Shown here piece by piece: positions 38,558-48,352 of a DNA stretch of 64,000 bases (the first letter of the stretch is position 1; the number at the start of each line of letters is the position of its first letter). The DNA is from Abditibacteriaceae bacterium (GTDB lineage: Bacteria; Armatimonadota; Abditibacteriia; Abditibacteriales; Abditibacteriaceae): NCBI GenBank assembly GCA_965277285.1, contig OZ255721.1, forward strand, positions 1,888,001 through 1,952,000. Reading direction: 5' to 3'. Both the position numbers and the translations under genes were made by a program. The notes under the pieces were generated by a model, which made no database searches, was not told the DNA's origin, and saw only the letters and a program-made list of their open reading frames with translations.

Positions 38558-39841
38558 ATGAAAACGTTTTCTGAAAAACCCGCCGTTGCGCCACTTGCAT
38601 CGCCTCGTGTGACACAGCGCCCGATGCGACGATTGGGGCCGCGCTTCAAAATTATCGACAGCTATTTGCTGCGTTGCTTGGCGAGTTCCACAGTGCGCGG
38701 ATTGTTGTGGTTTGGCGGATTGTTGGTGATGGTCGCGGTGATTACCGCCGCGCGCAAAGCATCCGATCAATCGCTGCCACTAAGCAGCATGATTCAACTG
38801 ATTTACCTGCAATTGCCGCGCGTTTTCCTGTTTTCGCTGCCAATGGGCGTTTTGTATGGCACGACCGAAGCGTTTACCGAATTGTCCGGCAACGGCGAAT
38901 TGACGGCGATTTTCGCGGCGGGCGCCAGTCTGCGACGCTTGTTGCAAATGCCGCTTTGCTGGGGAATTGCGCTGACATTATTTTCGTTTTTCGTGCAGGA
39001 CGCTCTGGTGCCGCGCGCCGAAGTCGCTAAAAACCAGGTCGTCGCCAACAGCGTGATGGCGGCTCTGGGGAACGGAAAACTGATTTATCAAGACCCGCCG
39101 CCCGGTCAAGGCTCGCTGCGGCGCATCGTGCAAGCGCAACGTTTCGACCCGAAAACCAACACTTTGACACGTCCTGTGGTGCAAATTTTCGATGCCGATC
39201 AACGTTTGGCCTTGCAAATTTCCGCCGAGCGCGGCATCTGGAACCGCGACACCAATCGCTGGAAGTTTATGCACGGCCAGTTGACGATTTTTCCTACGCA
39301 AAACGCCAACGCTTCGAGTACTCGAAAGCATGTCGATAACGCCAATAACAGTGCCAGCATGAGTTCTGAGTTTGATGAACTCGAGCGCAATGAAGCGCCC
39401 GCGCCCGGCGTTCTCAGCGGCGCGACGAAGACCTTGCGCCAGCACATGGAACACGGCGACTTCGAGATGACGACGTTTTCCCAATTGTGGAATTATCGCG
39501 CGCAACTGATGGAGCAAGGCCCGGACGCCGATCAGACGTCCGCCAACCATCAAAAACTGCTGCGCGTTCTGACTTACGGGTTGCACGACAAAATCGCCAC
39601 GCCTTTGATTTGCCTGTGTCTGGTTCTGGTCGGCCTGCCTTTGGGCTTGCGGCCTCAACGTGCGGGCGCCGGTTTCGCGGTCGGCTCGTCGATGATTGTG
39701 CTGCTGCTGTATTATTCGCTATGGACGTGGACTTCGACAGCGGGCGTTCAAGGTCAGGGAAATCCGCTCGTGCTGGCTTACATTGGACCGTTTGTCATCG
39801 CTCTGGTCGGCCTCGCATTGTTGTGGCGCAAGCGTTTATGA
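38558..39841 (+). CDS. LptF/LptG family permease
   Basis: 'KIIDSYLLR', 'LSGNGELTAIFAAGASLRRL', periplasmic beta region, 'KIATPLICL..VLVGLPLG'. Confidence 0.88.
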   Translation: MKTFSEKPAVAPLASPRVTQRPMRRLGPRFKIIDSYLLRCLASSTVRGLLWFGGLLVMVAVITAARKASDQSLPLSSMIQLIYLQLPRVFLFSLPMGVLYGTTEAFTELSGNGELTAIFAAGASLRRLLQMPLCWGIALTLFSFFVQDALVPRAEVAKNQVVANSVMAALGNGKLIYQDPPPGQGSLRRIVQAQRFDPKTNTLTRPVVQIFDADQRLALQISAERGIWNRDTNRWKFMHGQLTIFPTQNANASSTRKHVDNANNSASMSSEFDELERNEAPAPGVLSGATKTLRQHMEHGDFEMTTFSQLWNYRAQLMEQGPDADQTSANHQKLLRVLTYGLHDKIATPLICLCLVLVGLPLGLRPQRAGAGFAVGSSMIVLLLYYSLWTWTSTAGVQGQGNPLVLAYIGPFVIALVGLALLWRKRL

Positions 39842-39888
39842 GTTCGATTTCGAGTACTCGATCTCTCCGAAGTCGCTAAGGATACCGA

Positions 39889-41712
39889 ATGCAGGCTGGC
39901 AGCAGAATTAAAGAGAAAAATTCGGTTTTCCCATTGCGTTGCGCGACTTTCTGGTTGGTCTGGCGCGCGGAATTGGTGGTCGCATTTTTTTGCGCCGTGA
40001 TGTTTTTGTGGCACTTGAACGTGTTGCCTTTGACGACGCCCAACGAAGGCTTGTATGCGCAAGTCGCCCGCGAAATGTCGGAGCGACACGACTGGATTTT
40101 GCCGCATTTGAACGGCGGTTTCTATTTTGAAAAACCGCCTTTGCTGTACTGGCTGATGGCGCTGTGCTTGAAATTGCCGTTCGATCCCGCACTGTCCGCG
40201 CGCTTGCCATCGGCCTTGGCCGGATGCTTGACGACAATTGTCGTTTTCGTGTTGGGTCAGCGTTTCTACGGAAAAAGCGGCGGGACGTTCTGCGCTCTGG
40301 TTCTTTCGACGTGCCTGGGTTTCGTCATCATGGCGCATCAAGTGATGTTCGACGCGCTGATGACAGCGCTGATGACGCTCGCGCTCGCTTGCTGGTGGAT
40401 CGCGTCCGAAAACATCGCCGACAACCAATCGAGTACTCGAAACGCTCCAGCGAGAAGCGGCGCAACGCGAAAAGCACAACTTTGGATGGATGTGACCTAC
40501 ATCGCGTTGGCGTTGTGCGTTTTAACTAAAGGCTTTATCGGCTTTTTATTACCATTGTTGATAGTCTTGGGTTACGGTTTCGTGACGCGCGATTGGAGTC
40601 GTTTGCGCCCTTTGCGTTCGTGCTTCGGCATCGCGTTGTTTTTGATAATCGCGGTTCCGTGGCACGTTTTGGCTTCGCTGCGTCAGGCGGATTTCGCGTG
40701 GTTTTATTTCATCAACGAACACGTTTTGCGTTTTCTGGGACGTCGCCATCCGGCCGATTTCCCCAAAGGCCCGCCTTATACGGCGCCAATTTCAGTGATC
40801 GCTTTGGCTTTGCCGTGGAGTTTCCTGCTGCCGCTCGCTTTGCGGCAATCATGGACGCAGATCAAAATTAAAGACAACGAAACGCGCTCGCAGCAGATTT
40901 TTCTCTGCTGTTGGATATTGGTTCCTCTGGTGTTTTTCACGCTATCCAAGACGCGCAGCGCCTACTATTTATTGCCGTGCGTGCCGCCTCTCGCATTGCT
41001 CATCGGCAACCTGTGGAACCTTGCGATTGAGAGAAACAGCGAAAATAAAACCCGCGAAAATGCCAAGTTGCATCGTTTTTTCTTATGCACTTTCGCGGCG
41101 ATTTTTGTGGTCAGCATTATCGTATGGATCATTAGCGGCGTGCGCATCGCGCGTTTCGACGGCAAAAACATGGAGCAATATGGGCGCTTTGTGCTCGCGT
41201 TTAGCGGCATCTTGCCGCTTGTGACAGGCAGCGGATTGGCATTATTTTTCTTGATGCAGCACCGTTCTTTGCGTCTGGTGTTGAACACGCTGACCGCCGC
41301 GACATTGATTGGTTGGTCGACCGTGCTCGCTGTGTGGCCGTTTTATCAAGTCGCCGATACCGAAAATCAACTGGCGGCGGCTATCGTGCATGCTCATCCG
41401 CCCGATCATGCGCTGATCGCGGTTTACGGTCGCTTGGAAGAACACTCGGCGTTTCTTTTCTATCTTCCGCAACGCTTGCGCCCGATTCACATTGTCGAGG
41501 GTCAGTTCGGCGGCGATTTGGAATTTGGCAGCCGCTTTCCTGAATCGCGCCCGCTTTTCCTTTTCCGCGCGCAGTTTTCGCAAATGGCGGCGCGCGAAAT
41601 CGCCGCACATCGTCCGGTTTATTTGCTGGCCGCCAAGAAAGAACGTGCTATTCCTCCCTTCCTGCATCTCATCGCAAGGCAGGAAGACACCAACTTGTGG
41701 GGCACACAATAA
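39889..41712 (+). CDS. ArnT-like (GT83/GT39) membrane glycosyltransferase
   Basis: 'NEGLYAQVAREM', 'FEKPPLLYW', 'ARLPSAL', 'LTKG', 'YYLLPCVPPLALL'. Confidence 0.88.
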   Translation: MQAGSRIKEKNSVFPLRCATFWLVWRAELVVAFFCAVMFLWHLNVLPLTTPNEGLYAQVAREMSERHDWILPHLNGGFYFEKPPLLYWLMALCLKLPFDPALSARLPSALAGCLTTIVVFVLGQRFYGKSGGTFCALVLSTCLGFVIMAHQVMFDALMTALMTLALACWWIASENIADNQSSTRNAPARSGATRKAQLWMDVTYIALALCVLTKGFIGFLLPLLIVLGYGFVTRDWSRLRPLRSCFGIALFLIIAVPWHVLASLRQADFAWFYFINEHVLRFLGRRHPADFPKGPPYTAPISVIALALPWSFLLPLALRQSWTQIKIKDNETRSQQIFLCCWILVPLVFFTLSKTRSAYYLLPCVPPLALLIGNLWNLAIERNSENKTRENAKLHRFFLCTFAAIFVVSIIVWIISGVRIARFDGKNMEQYGRFVLAFSGILPLVTGSGLALFFLMQHRSLRLVLNTLTAATLIGWSTVLAVWPFYQVADTENQLAAAIVHAHPPDHALIAVYGRLEEHSAFLFYLPQRLRPIHIVEGQFGGDLEFGSRFPESRPLFLFRAQFSQMAAREIAAHRPVYLLAAKKERAIPPFLHLIARQEDTNLWGTQ

Positions 41713-41751
41713 TCACGCACTTTCGAGTACTCGATTACATCCACCCAAATC

Positions 41752-41821
41752 CAGCACCCCGAACGTGAGTGAGGGCTGACGCGCCAGTAACTTCAGCCCC
41801 GCACTCACGTTCGGAGTTCTG
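41752..41821. repeat. Degenerate REP-like element, family B
   Basis: ccgaacgtgagtgagggctga / tcagccccgcactcacgttcgg imperfect arms. Confidence 0.6.
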
Positions 41822-41901
41822 TTAGGTCGCTTGTCACAGCGACTTATTTTATCTTGATTTGCCCTCGCACGATTTGCATCCGACGTGCTACCCTTAAAGC
41901 C

Positions 41902-44900
41902 GTGAATCGTTTTCCTTCCACCTTTTTCGCCGCTTGCGGCTTGCTCCTTTTCTCGTCCGGCGCGCTTTCCTCATTGTCGGTGCGCGCGCAAACAACCGCA
42001 GTCAACACGCCAACAAACGTTCCCGATCTGGCTGTGCGCGCGCCAATCGCCGCCAACATTGAAGGCACCGTACAATTGCTGCGCTCCGGCTTTACGCAGA
42101 CGGCGCAGCTCAAGTTCAGCACGCCCGACTCGTTGTCGGTTCACGTTCTGGGCGATGTGTCACATTTGTCCGCCGACGAAATTTATGTCGCGCAGGGCAA
42201 TAGCGAAAAAACCTACAGCGCCGATTTGCAGCGCGTTCGCCAATGGCGCTGGAGCAGCGTGCGCGAACCGTGGCGCTCGCAAGTTTTAGCCGATGGCGGC
42301 CCGGCCAACATTTGGCTGTGGGGCTGGAATCCCGCGCGAATCACACCGTTTTACACGGTTGCAACCAGCAAAAGCGGCGACGTAACGACCGTTGTATTAA
42401 CGGCAAAACCCGCAGGCGCGCGCCAGGTTCGTGACACATTGCGTAGCGGCGGTCGCGGAGACCGCTTGTTTTACGCGCCTTTCAAGCAAACGGTTTACGA
42501 TTGGCCGCGTCGCGTCGTCCTCAAATTGAACACGAACAACGCCCCGACTTATCTCGAAAAACGCGACGAGCGCAATCGAGTACTCGAAACCATCGCCTAC
42601 ACCTGGAACGCGAGCGGCTGGCCAGTTTCCGCGACCACGCGCGATGGCAACAATCACGTTACGGCGCAATGGAAATACGATCTCAAAGCCGCTACGCAAC
42701 CATTTTCGAGCGACGCTTTCGACCTGAATAAAGCAACCAATGGCGCCAGTGCGAACCAGATCGTGGAAGATGTCGAACCGTTGCCTTTAGCGGATTACGC
42801 GCAAAAAACAGACGCCGATGCGCTCTATAATCGTGGCGTGGTCGAAGCCACTCACGTGGAAGATTATGGCGCCGCCTTCGCCGATTGGGGACTTGCGGCG
42901 ACCGCTCAGCCACAAGCTATCGCGCCACTGGAAGCCGCTTTCGACACGGCGCTTTCTTTGCGCGATTGGCGGCGCGCCACGACGATTCTTCAGCCGCTTT
43001 CCGCGCTTTTGAAAAGCGACGATCCGGCGCTGTTGAGCCGTCGCGTGCGTTTGGCCGCGCTGCAACGCGATTGGGCGACCGCGCTTTCGACTTTGGCGGC
43101 AGCCGAAAAAACGCGTCCCACCGATTGGGGATTGCGTTTGCAGCGCGCCAGTTTGCAATTGCTGGGCGGCGACACATCCGGCGCGCAAACGCTGTTGACT
43201 TCGATTATAGCCGAACCGACGCAACAACTCGCCGGTCAAAGCAACGCGTTTGGTGATGGAGTTCAAGCCGCCGCCGCGCAACTTCTGGCGCGCACTTTGA
43301 GCCTGTCATACGCACGCGATCAAGCGCTTTCGATGTTACAAACATTGCCCAAAGCGACCACAGCGCAACGTCTCGCGCGCTCTTTGATCGCTTTGCAATT
43401 GGGTCAAAATCCCGAAACAGCTAATTTCGACAACGATGCGGCGCAGGCGACGTGGGCGAACGCGCAAGCCGCAGCGGGAAAAACCGACGACGCCGTTGCG
43501 AGTTGGCAAATCGTGGCGCAACGCGCTTCATTGGACGCATCTTATGAAGCGCATCGCAACTTGATGGGTTTGTTCGCGCGGCGCGGCGACGTTTCCAGTT
43601 CACGAATCGAGTACTCGAAAGTCGCTGTTCTGGACATTGACGAAGACGCGCGTTCGCGCACGCGCAACGCGTTGTTCGAGGCGTGGCGCAAAGCGGGACA
43701 AAGCGAAACTTTGCGCCGTGCCTTGCAAGCGCGTTCGTCTGCGGCGGGTTCAACCGAAGATGACGCGCGTTTGTGGCTGGCCTGGCAGGAAAACAACGCG
43801 TCTTCCGCTGCCATCGGAGAAACTGTGCGCGCTTTCGCCACACGTTATGCCAAAAGCGCGTGGTGGCAATCGCGTTTGGGCGAGCAACTGGTGAGCGAAG
43901 CCGCCGCTCTGGATAAACACGACGATATGGGACGCGCGCGCCTGACTTCGCTGGCTTTAACGGCGGTGCGGCGCGCGATTGCGCTGGATTCTACGCAGCC
44001 CTATTATCCCGTTCAGGCCGCCTTGATTTTGACTTTGCGCGCCAACGATTTCCGTAAGGCCGCGATTGGTGATGCGACATCGACGACCGATGCCGTCGAT
44101 GCGGCGCGCCAGGAACTGGACAATTTAAGGCAGTCGCGCGGCAATGACGCCGATATTTCGCTGGCGATTGCCTTCGCGGGACAAGCGCTTTCGTCCAACT
44201 ACCCAAACGTTGTCGAACTGTTGCAAAGCGGGCTTGAGGGCGGTTTGCCAGGCCGTGAAAGTGTGGACGGAGACCGTCATCCGACAACTTTCGCGGCGCG
44301 CCAGGCGCTCGCTATCGCGTTGCGTCATCAAGGTCAATTTTCCCTTGCGACGCAACAAAACGGAGCGTTGATAACTGCGGCGCGCGATCCTGGCGAAGAA
44401 TTGGGCATCGCCATCAATTTGATGCTGACCTTGAAAGATGCTGACGCCAAAAACCCAACTTCGAGTACTGGAAATGCTCCATCGGGTGCGGCGCGCGGTG
44501 CAGCGCAATTGATGGCGCGCTTGTCAAGCGAAGCGTGGCCGCTCGAAGACGCCGATAGTTCGGCACGCAGCTTCGCAGGTTTTCTGCAAAACGATTCGAC
44601 TTTGTGGCAGCAGGCCGCCGCAATTTTGCGTGCTTCTTCTCAACCCGACATGCAATTGGGCGCCGCTTACTTTTTCTTTTCGCTGGAAAACACCTTGTCG
44701 TCAATGGCGAAAAGCCCGAAAAACGCGCCCGATATGCAAAAATATCTGGACGATTTGCTGCAGAAAACGCGCGTCTGGTCGAGTGAAGCGGAAGCGAAAA
44801 TTGCGGTTTTGGCCGATGGCAGCGACGCGATTTTAGCTTCTCGCGCCTCGTCTTTGCTGGGCGGACGCGCCTTGTCACGCAGCGACTTTGGAGAAGCGAT

Positions 44901-45426
44901 TCGGCGCCTGCAAAACGCCGTCGCGCTCGAACCGGACAGCGTGGAAATGCGGTTCGCTTTGGCGCGCGCTTTTGTTGCGGCAGGTCGCCCCGACGACGCG
45001 CTGCAAATTCGTAACGCGATGCTCCAAGCTCTCCCGCCCGACAGCGCAATGTTGAATCGTCTCGCCACGTTATCGACGAAATTGAATCACGCCGATGACT
45101 CTTTGCAAGAAAGCCAACTCGCCTGGAACTTGTCCGCCTCGCCCGATGTTTCGAGCGGCGATGCGCAACGCGCCGGTTTCCTCTTAGCGCGAAATTTAAT
45201 CTCCAAAAATCGTTTTGCGGATGCGCAAGCGATTTACACCAACCTTTCGAGTACTGGATGGGACTTCGTCGGACGCGTCGTGGCACTGTCCGATGCAGAA
45301 GCGAACTTGCGCGCGGCGGGACAAACTGCTGCCGCGAACGCCGCCAAAACTCAACTCGCGTCGTTGCAAGCGAGCGAATTAGATATGCAACGCGCGCAAA
45401 CATTTCTCGCATCGTTGTCGCAGTAA
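41902..45426 (+). CDS. Large secreted TPR-repeat protein with N-terminal beta-rich (LolA-like) region
   Basis: Signal peptide ending 'VRA-Q'; TPR-like helices ('DALYNRG', 'AVALEPDSVEMRFALARA'). Start uncertain. Confidence 0.7.
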   Translation: MNRFPSTFFAACGLLLFSSGALSSLSVRAQTTAVNTPTNVPDLAVRAPIAANIEGTVQLLRSGFTQTAQLKFSTPDSLSVHVLGDVSHLSADEIYVAQGNSEKTYSADLQRVRQWRWSSVREPWRSQVLADGGPANIWLWGWNPARITPFYTVATSKSGDVTTVVLTAKPAGARQVRDTLRSGGRGDRLFYAPFKQTVYDWPRRVVLKLNTNNAPTYLEKRDERNRVLETIAYTWNASGWPVSATTRDGNNHVTAQWKYDLKAATQPFSSDAFDLNKATNGASANQIVEDVEPLPLADYAQKTDADALYNRGVVEATHVEDYGAAFADWGLAATAQPQAIAPLEAAFDTALSLRDWRRATTILQPLSALLKSDDPALLSRRVRLAALQRDWATALSTLAAAEKTRPTDWGLRLQRASLQLLGGDTSGAQTLLTSIIAEPTQQLAGQSNAFGDGVQAAAAQLLARTLSLSYARDQALSMLQTLPKATTAQRLARSLIALQLGQNPETANFDNDAAQATWANAQAAAGKTDDAVASWQIVAQRASLDASYEAHRNLMGLFARRGDVSSSRIEYSKVAVLDIDEDARSRTRNALFEAWRKAGQSETLRRALQARSSAAGSTEDDARLWLAWQENNASSAAIGETVRAFATRYAKSAWWQSRLGEQLVSEAAALDKHDDMGRARLTSLALTAVRRAIALDSTQPYYPVQAALILTLRANDFRKAAIGDATSTTDAVDAARQELDNLRQSRGNDADISLAIAFAGQALSSNYPNVVELLQSGLEGGLPGRESVDGDRHPTTFAARQALAIALRHQGQFSLATQQNGALITAARDPGEELGIAINLMLTLKDADAKNPTSSTGNAPSGAARGAAQLMARLSSEAWPLEDADSSARSFAGFLQNDSTLWQQAAAILRASSQPDMQLGAAYFFFSLENTLSSMAKSPKNAPDMQKYLDDLLQKTRVWSSEAEAKIAVLADGSDAILASRASSLLGGRALSRSDFGEAIRRLQNAVALEPDSVEMRFALARAFVAAGRPDDALQIRNAMLQALPPDSAMLNRLATLSTKLNHADDSLQESQLAWNLSASPDVSSGDAQRAGFLLARNLISKNRFADAQAIYTNLSSTGWDFVGRVVALSDAEANLRAAGQTAAANAAKTQLASLQASELDMQRAQTFLASLSQ

Positions 45427-45584
45427 CGATGCGCTTCGTAGGGAGCACGCTGCGCGTTCCTACAAAGGTTTTGAAACGACGAACTTCTTGTAAAAACAGG
45501 CTTGACGTCCTCTTCCGATCCTTGTGACTTTCTAAACAAAGTGAATTGGGAGAGGCGTTAACCCCGCTTGTACAAGAAGTCGGC

Positions 45585-46676
45585 TCAATGAAGGTTCCAG
45601 AGCGAGACAACGCCGTCCGGTTCGCCAACCGCCAAAATTGTTCCATCGCGCGTGATTGCCATTTGTCGCATAGGACTGGGCATCGCTTTTCCGCCAGCAA
45701 ACGCGCGCCGCAACTGACCAGTTTTCGCGTCCCATAGTTGGATAGTTGCGTCTTCACCAGCGATTATCAGCGTGGCGCCATCGGGCGAGAACAACAGTTT
45801 TCCGCTTGCGTGCAGCACGCGAAGAAGTCTGCCAGTTTTCGCGTTCCACAAACGCACTGTGTCATCGCTGGCTGCGCTGACGATTGTTTGGTCATCGGGC
45901 GAAAAGAGGATGTGCCAAATCTGGGTTTGATCAGCCGAAGTGGAAGATGAATGCATCCACAATCGCCTGCGTTGGGCAACGCTCCAGACTGCGAACATTC
46001 CATCATCGCCGCCCGCGACGACTTCGCTCCCAGCGTGCGAAAAAGCGACGTAATTTACGCCGGTGTACATGTCTGGGAAGCGGCCTACAAAGGGCGTCTT
46101 TTTCAGGCTTCGCCCGCCGATTTGCCACAATTCCCACCAACTTTGGTTCGTCACGCCGACAATCAGCGCCAACGCATCGCCGCGAGGTGAGACGATAAGA
46201 GACTAAACATTTCCAGTTGAACCGTTCTTCGTTTGCAATAACTTTCCGCTTTGTCTATCAAAAAGTCGCAGGCGATAACTCGATTCTTCCTGATAAGGCG
46301 CCGGGCCAGGCACTTCATCACAAACCACAAAACGCTTCCAATCCGGCGTGAGAACGACGTTTCGCGCGGCTTTTCCCAAAGCAAAATTTTTCAAAACCTT
46401 CAGCGAACGCGCATCCAAAATCTTGGCGGTTGTCGTTCCAAATGTGTCGTTGCTCGCCGCGAAAAGTCTTTTGCCGTCCGGCGAAAACGACAAATCCAGA
46501 ATGTGATCTTGAAAAACTTGGCGCTGCGCCAAGCGAGAAGAAGCGAGCGACAAAGGACGCTTTGATTGTGGTGTTCGCGGAAAAGCAAAGCGACAAACGA
46601 AGACGAACACGCAGCAAAGCAAAACGCTGCCAATCAACCAACGACGCCGAAAACGATGCAGAACGTGCAAACTCAT
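45585..46676 (-). pseudogene. WD40-repeat protein gene interrupted by one in-frame TAG
   Basis: ORFs 46203-46676 and 45585-46172 are in the same frame and read 'GNV*SLIVSPRGDALA' across TAG at 46203-46205; WD40 motifs on both sides. Confidence 0.8.
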
Positions 46677-46707
46677 CCCTGCTCCTCACAATCGAAAACT
46701 GCTTTTC

Positions 46708-47922
46708 TCATCGCACGCGCCACAACGCAATTTTGCCATCGGCGTAACCGGCGGCCAAATGCTTTTCATCGGGCGCGAACGCCAATGCTGTCACGCTCTT
46801 TTGCGACGGCAAAACGCTCAAGGTTTCACCGTTTCGAGTACTCGAAAGCACAACCGCGCCATCGTCGGAACCACTCACCAATATCGTACCATCGGGCGAG
46901 AACACAACGATTTGCACGGGACTGGAATGCACTTTCAAGGTGCGTAGCAATTGGCCGTTGTGCGCACTCCACAAACAAACCGAATTATCAGCGTGGCCCG
47001 TTGCGATAGTTTTTCCATCGAGTGAGAACGTGATAGTTTGAATGGCGCAATTAATATTACCTTCAAATTTTTGCTCTTTGTAGTATTTTTCCTGCGCCCA
47101 AATCATCTTGTCTGTTTGGGTATCGACAAGAGCGAGCGTGTTCTCCTGGCTACCAATGATATAAGTTTTGCTGTCGGGAGAAAAAGCCGCCCGATAACAG
47201 AGAACTTCGTCCTCAAGCCCGGGAACTTTGGGATCATTAGTGTCTTCCATATAAGGCGCGTGTCGCAGTTTTTGCTTTTCGACAAACCAACAGCTCATTC
47301 CACCTTCTGAAAAGCGCCCGCCCGCATCGCTCGTCAGAACTTTGTCGCCGCGTGGGGAAAATGCTAACTGTAGGATGTGTTGGGTGGTATCCGCACCGCG
47401 AGGAAGCGGCGGATAATCAGGAAGTTGTGTAAATTCCTGCCACAACGATTTCCCAGTTGTCGCATCAATCAATTGCAAGCCTTCGTACACACTTGGATTG
47501 GTGACGATTCTTTTCAGATTGGGCGAAAAGGCAACGAAATCAGCAGCAGGGAGTGGCGGCAAAGTCTTTCGCGGATGCAACGTTTGTGCGTCCAGCATCT
47601 CGACCTTGAGCGAACCGCCAGGCATATTAGCGTAAACCGCGTTTATTGCTGTTCCGCCCGCGCTCGCCAACGTTTTGCTGTCTGGCGAAAAAGTCAGAGC
47701 AGCGATGGCGCTTGCATAAACTTGTCGCACGTTCAGCTTCTGCACCACAATGCGCATCGACTGAACTTTGACAGGTTGCGTTTGCACAGGTTGCGGTTTG
47801 ATGCCTTGTGCATTTGCGCTTCGCGCTGAAGGTTGCTGCAATGCGCATCCGCCAAGAACAACGGCAAATGTCATCGGCAAAGCCCATCCCAAATGCCGCA
47901 GTTTTACTTTTCCGCTGTTCAT
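46708..47922 (-). CDS. WD40-repeat lipoprotein
   Basis: Lipobox 'VLGGC'; repeated 'FSPD', 'GHADNSVCLW'; paralog at 61428. Confidence 0.85.
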   Translation of the reverse strand: MNSGKVKLRHLGWALPMTFAVVLGGCALQQPSARSANAQGIKPQPVQTQPVKVQSMRIVVQKLNVRQVYASAIAALTFSPDSKTLASAGGTAINAVYANMPGGSLKVEMLDAQTLHPRKTLPPLPAADFVAFSPNLKRIVTNPSVYEGLQLIDATTGKSLWQEFTQLPDYPPLPRGADTTQHILQLAFSPRGDKVLTSDAGGRFSEGGMSCWFVEKQKLRHAPYMEDTNDPKVPGLEDEVLCYRAAFSPDSKTYIIGSQENTLALVDTQTDKMIWAQEKYYKEQKFEGNINCAIQTITFSLDGKTIATGHADNSVCLWSAHNGQLLRTLKVHSSPVQIVVFSPDGTILVSGSDDGAVVLSSTRNGETLSVLPSQKSVTALAFAPDEKHLAAGYADGKIALWRVR

Positions 47923-48026
47923 AAAATGAGTTTTCCTATTCGTTGATCTCATTATCGCACGAACAAAACAAACGCGGATGAAATGGTGGATATAGGACTT
48001 AACTCATTGAAGGCTATAACTTCGCC

Positions 48027-48254
48027 CAGCGAACCCGAAGCGTCAGCGAGGGAGATTTGCCCCTGTCTCCCTCGCTGACGCTTCGGGTTCGCTGAGGCAG
48101 CGCGTAGCTTCTTAAATATCAAGTGTTATAGTGGCTCATTGTTGAGAGATTGAACCTATCGAGGAAAGAACCCCGAGCGTCAGCGACGGGTGAAGCGTAA
48201 GGGATGAACAAAACTCTTACGCTTCACCCGTCGCTGACGCTCGGGGTTCTTTCC
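48027..48254. repeat. Two adjacent REP/REPIN-like elements, family B
   Basis: Hairpins at 48027-48094 and 48163-48254, each with perfect arms. Confidence 0.8.
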
Positions 48255-48352
48255 ATCAACTCACTCGATTGAGCTACTACCAAATATGTACTTTTTTCCA
48301 ACAGCGAATCGAGTACTCGATTGTCAAACTGCATCGTCACAAATTGGCTTAT

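Noticed and set aside
44414..45757. 447-aa minus-strand ORF
   Set aside because: Overlaps the TPR and WD40 genes; Arg/Ser-rich shadow composition.
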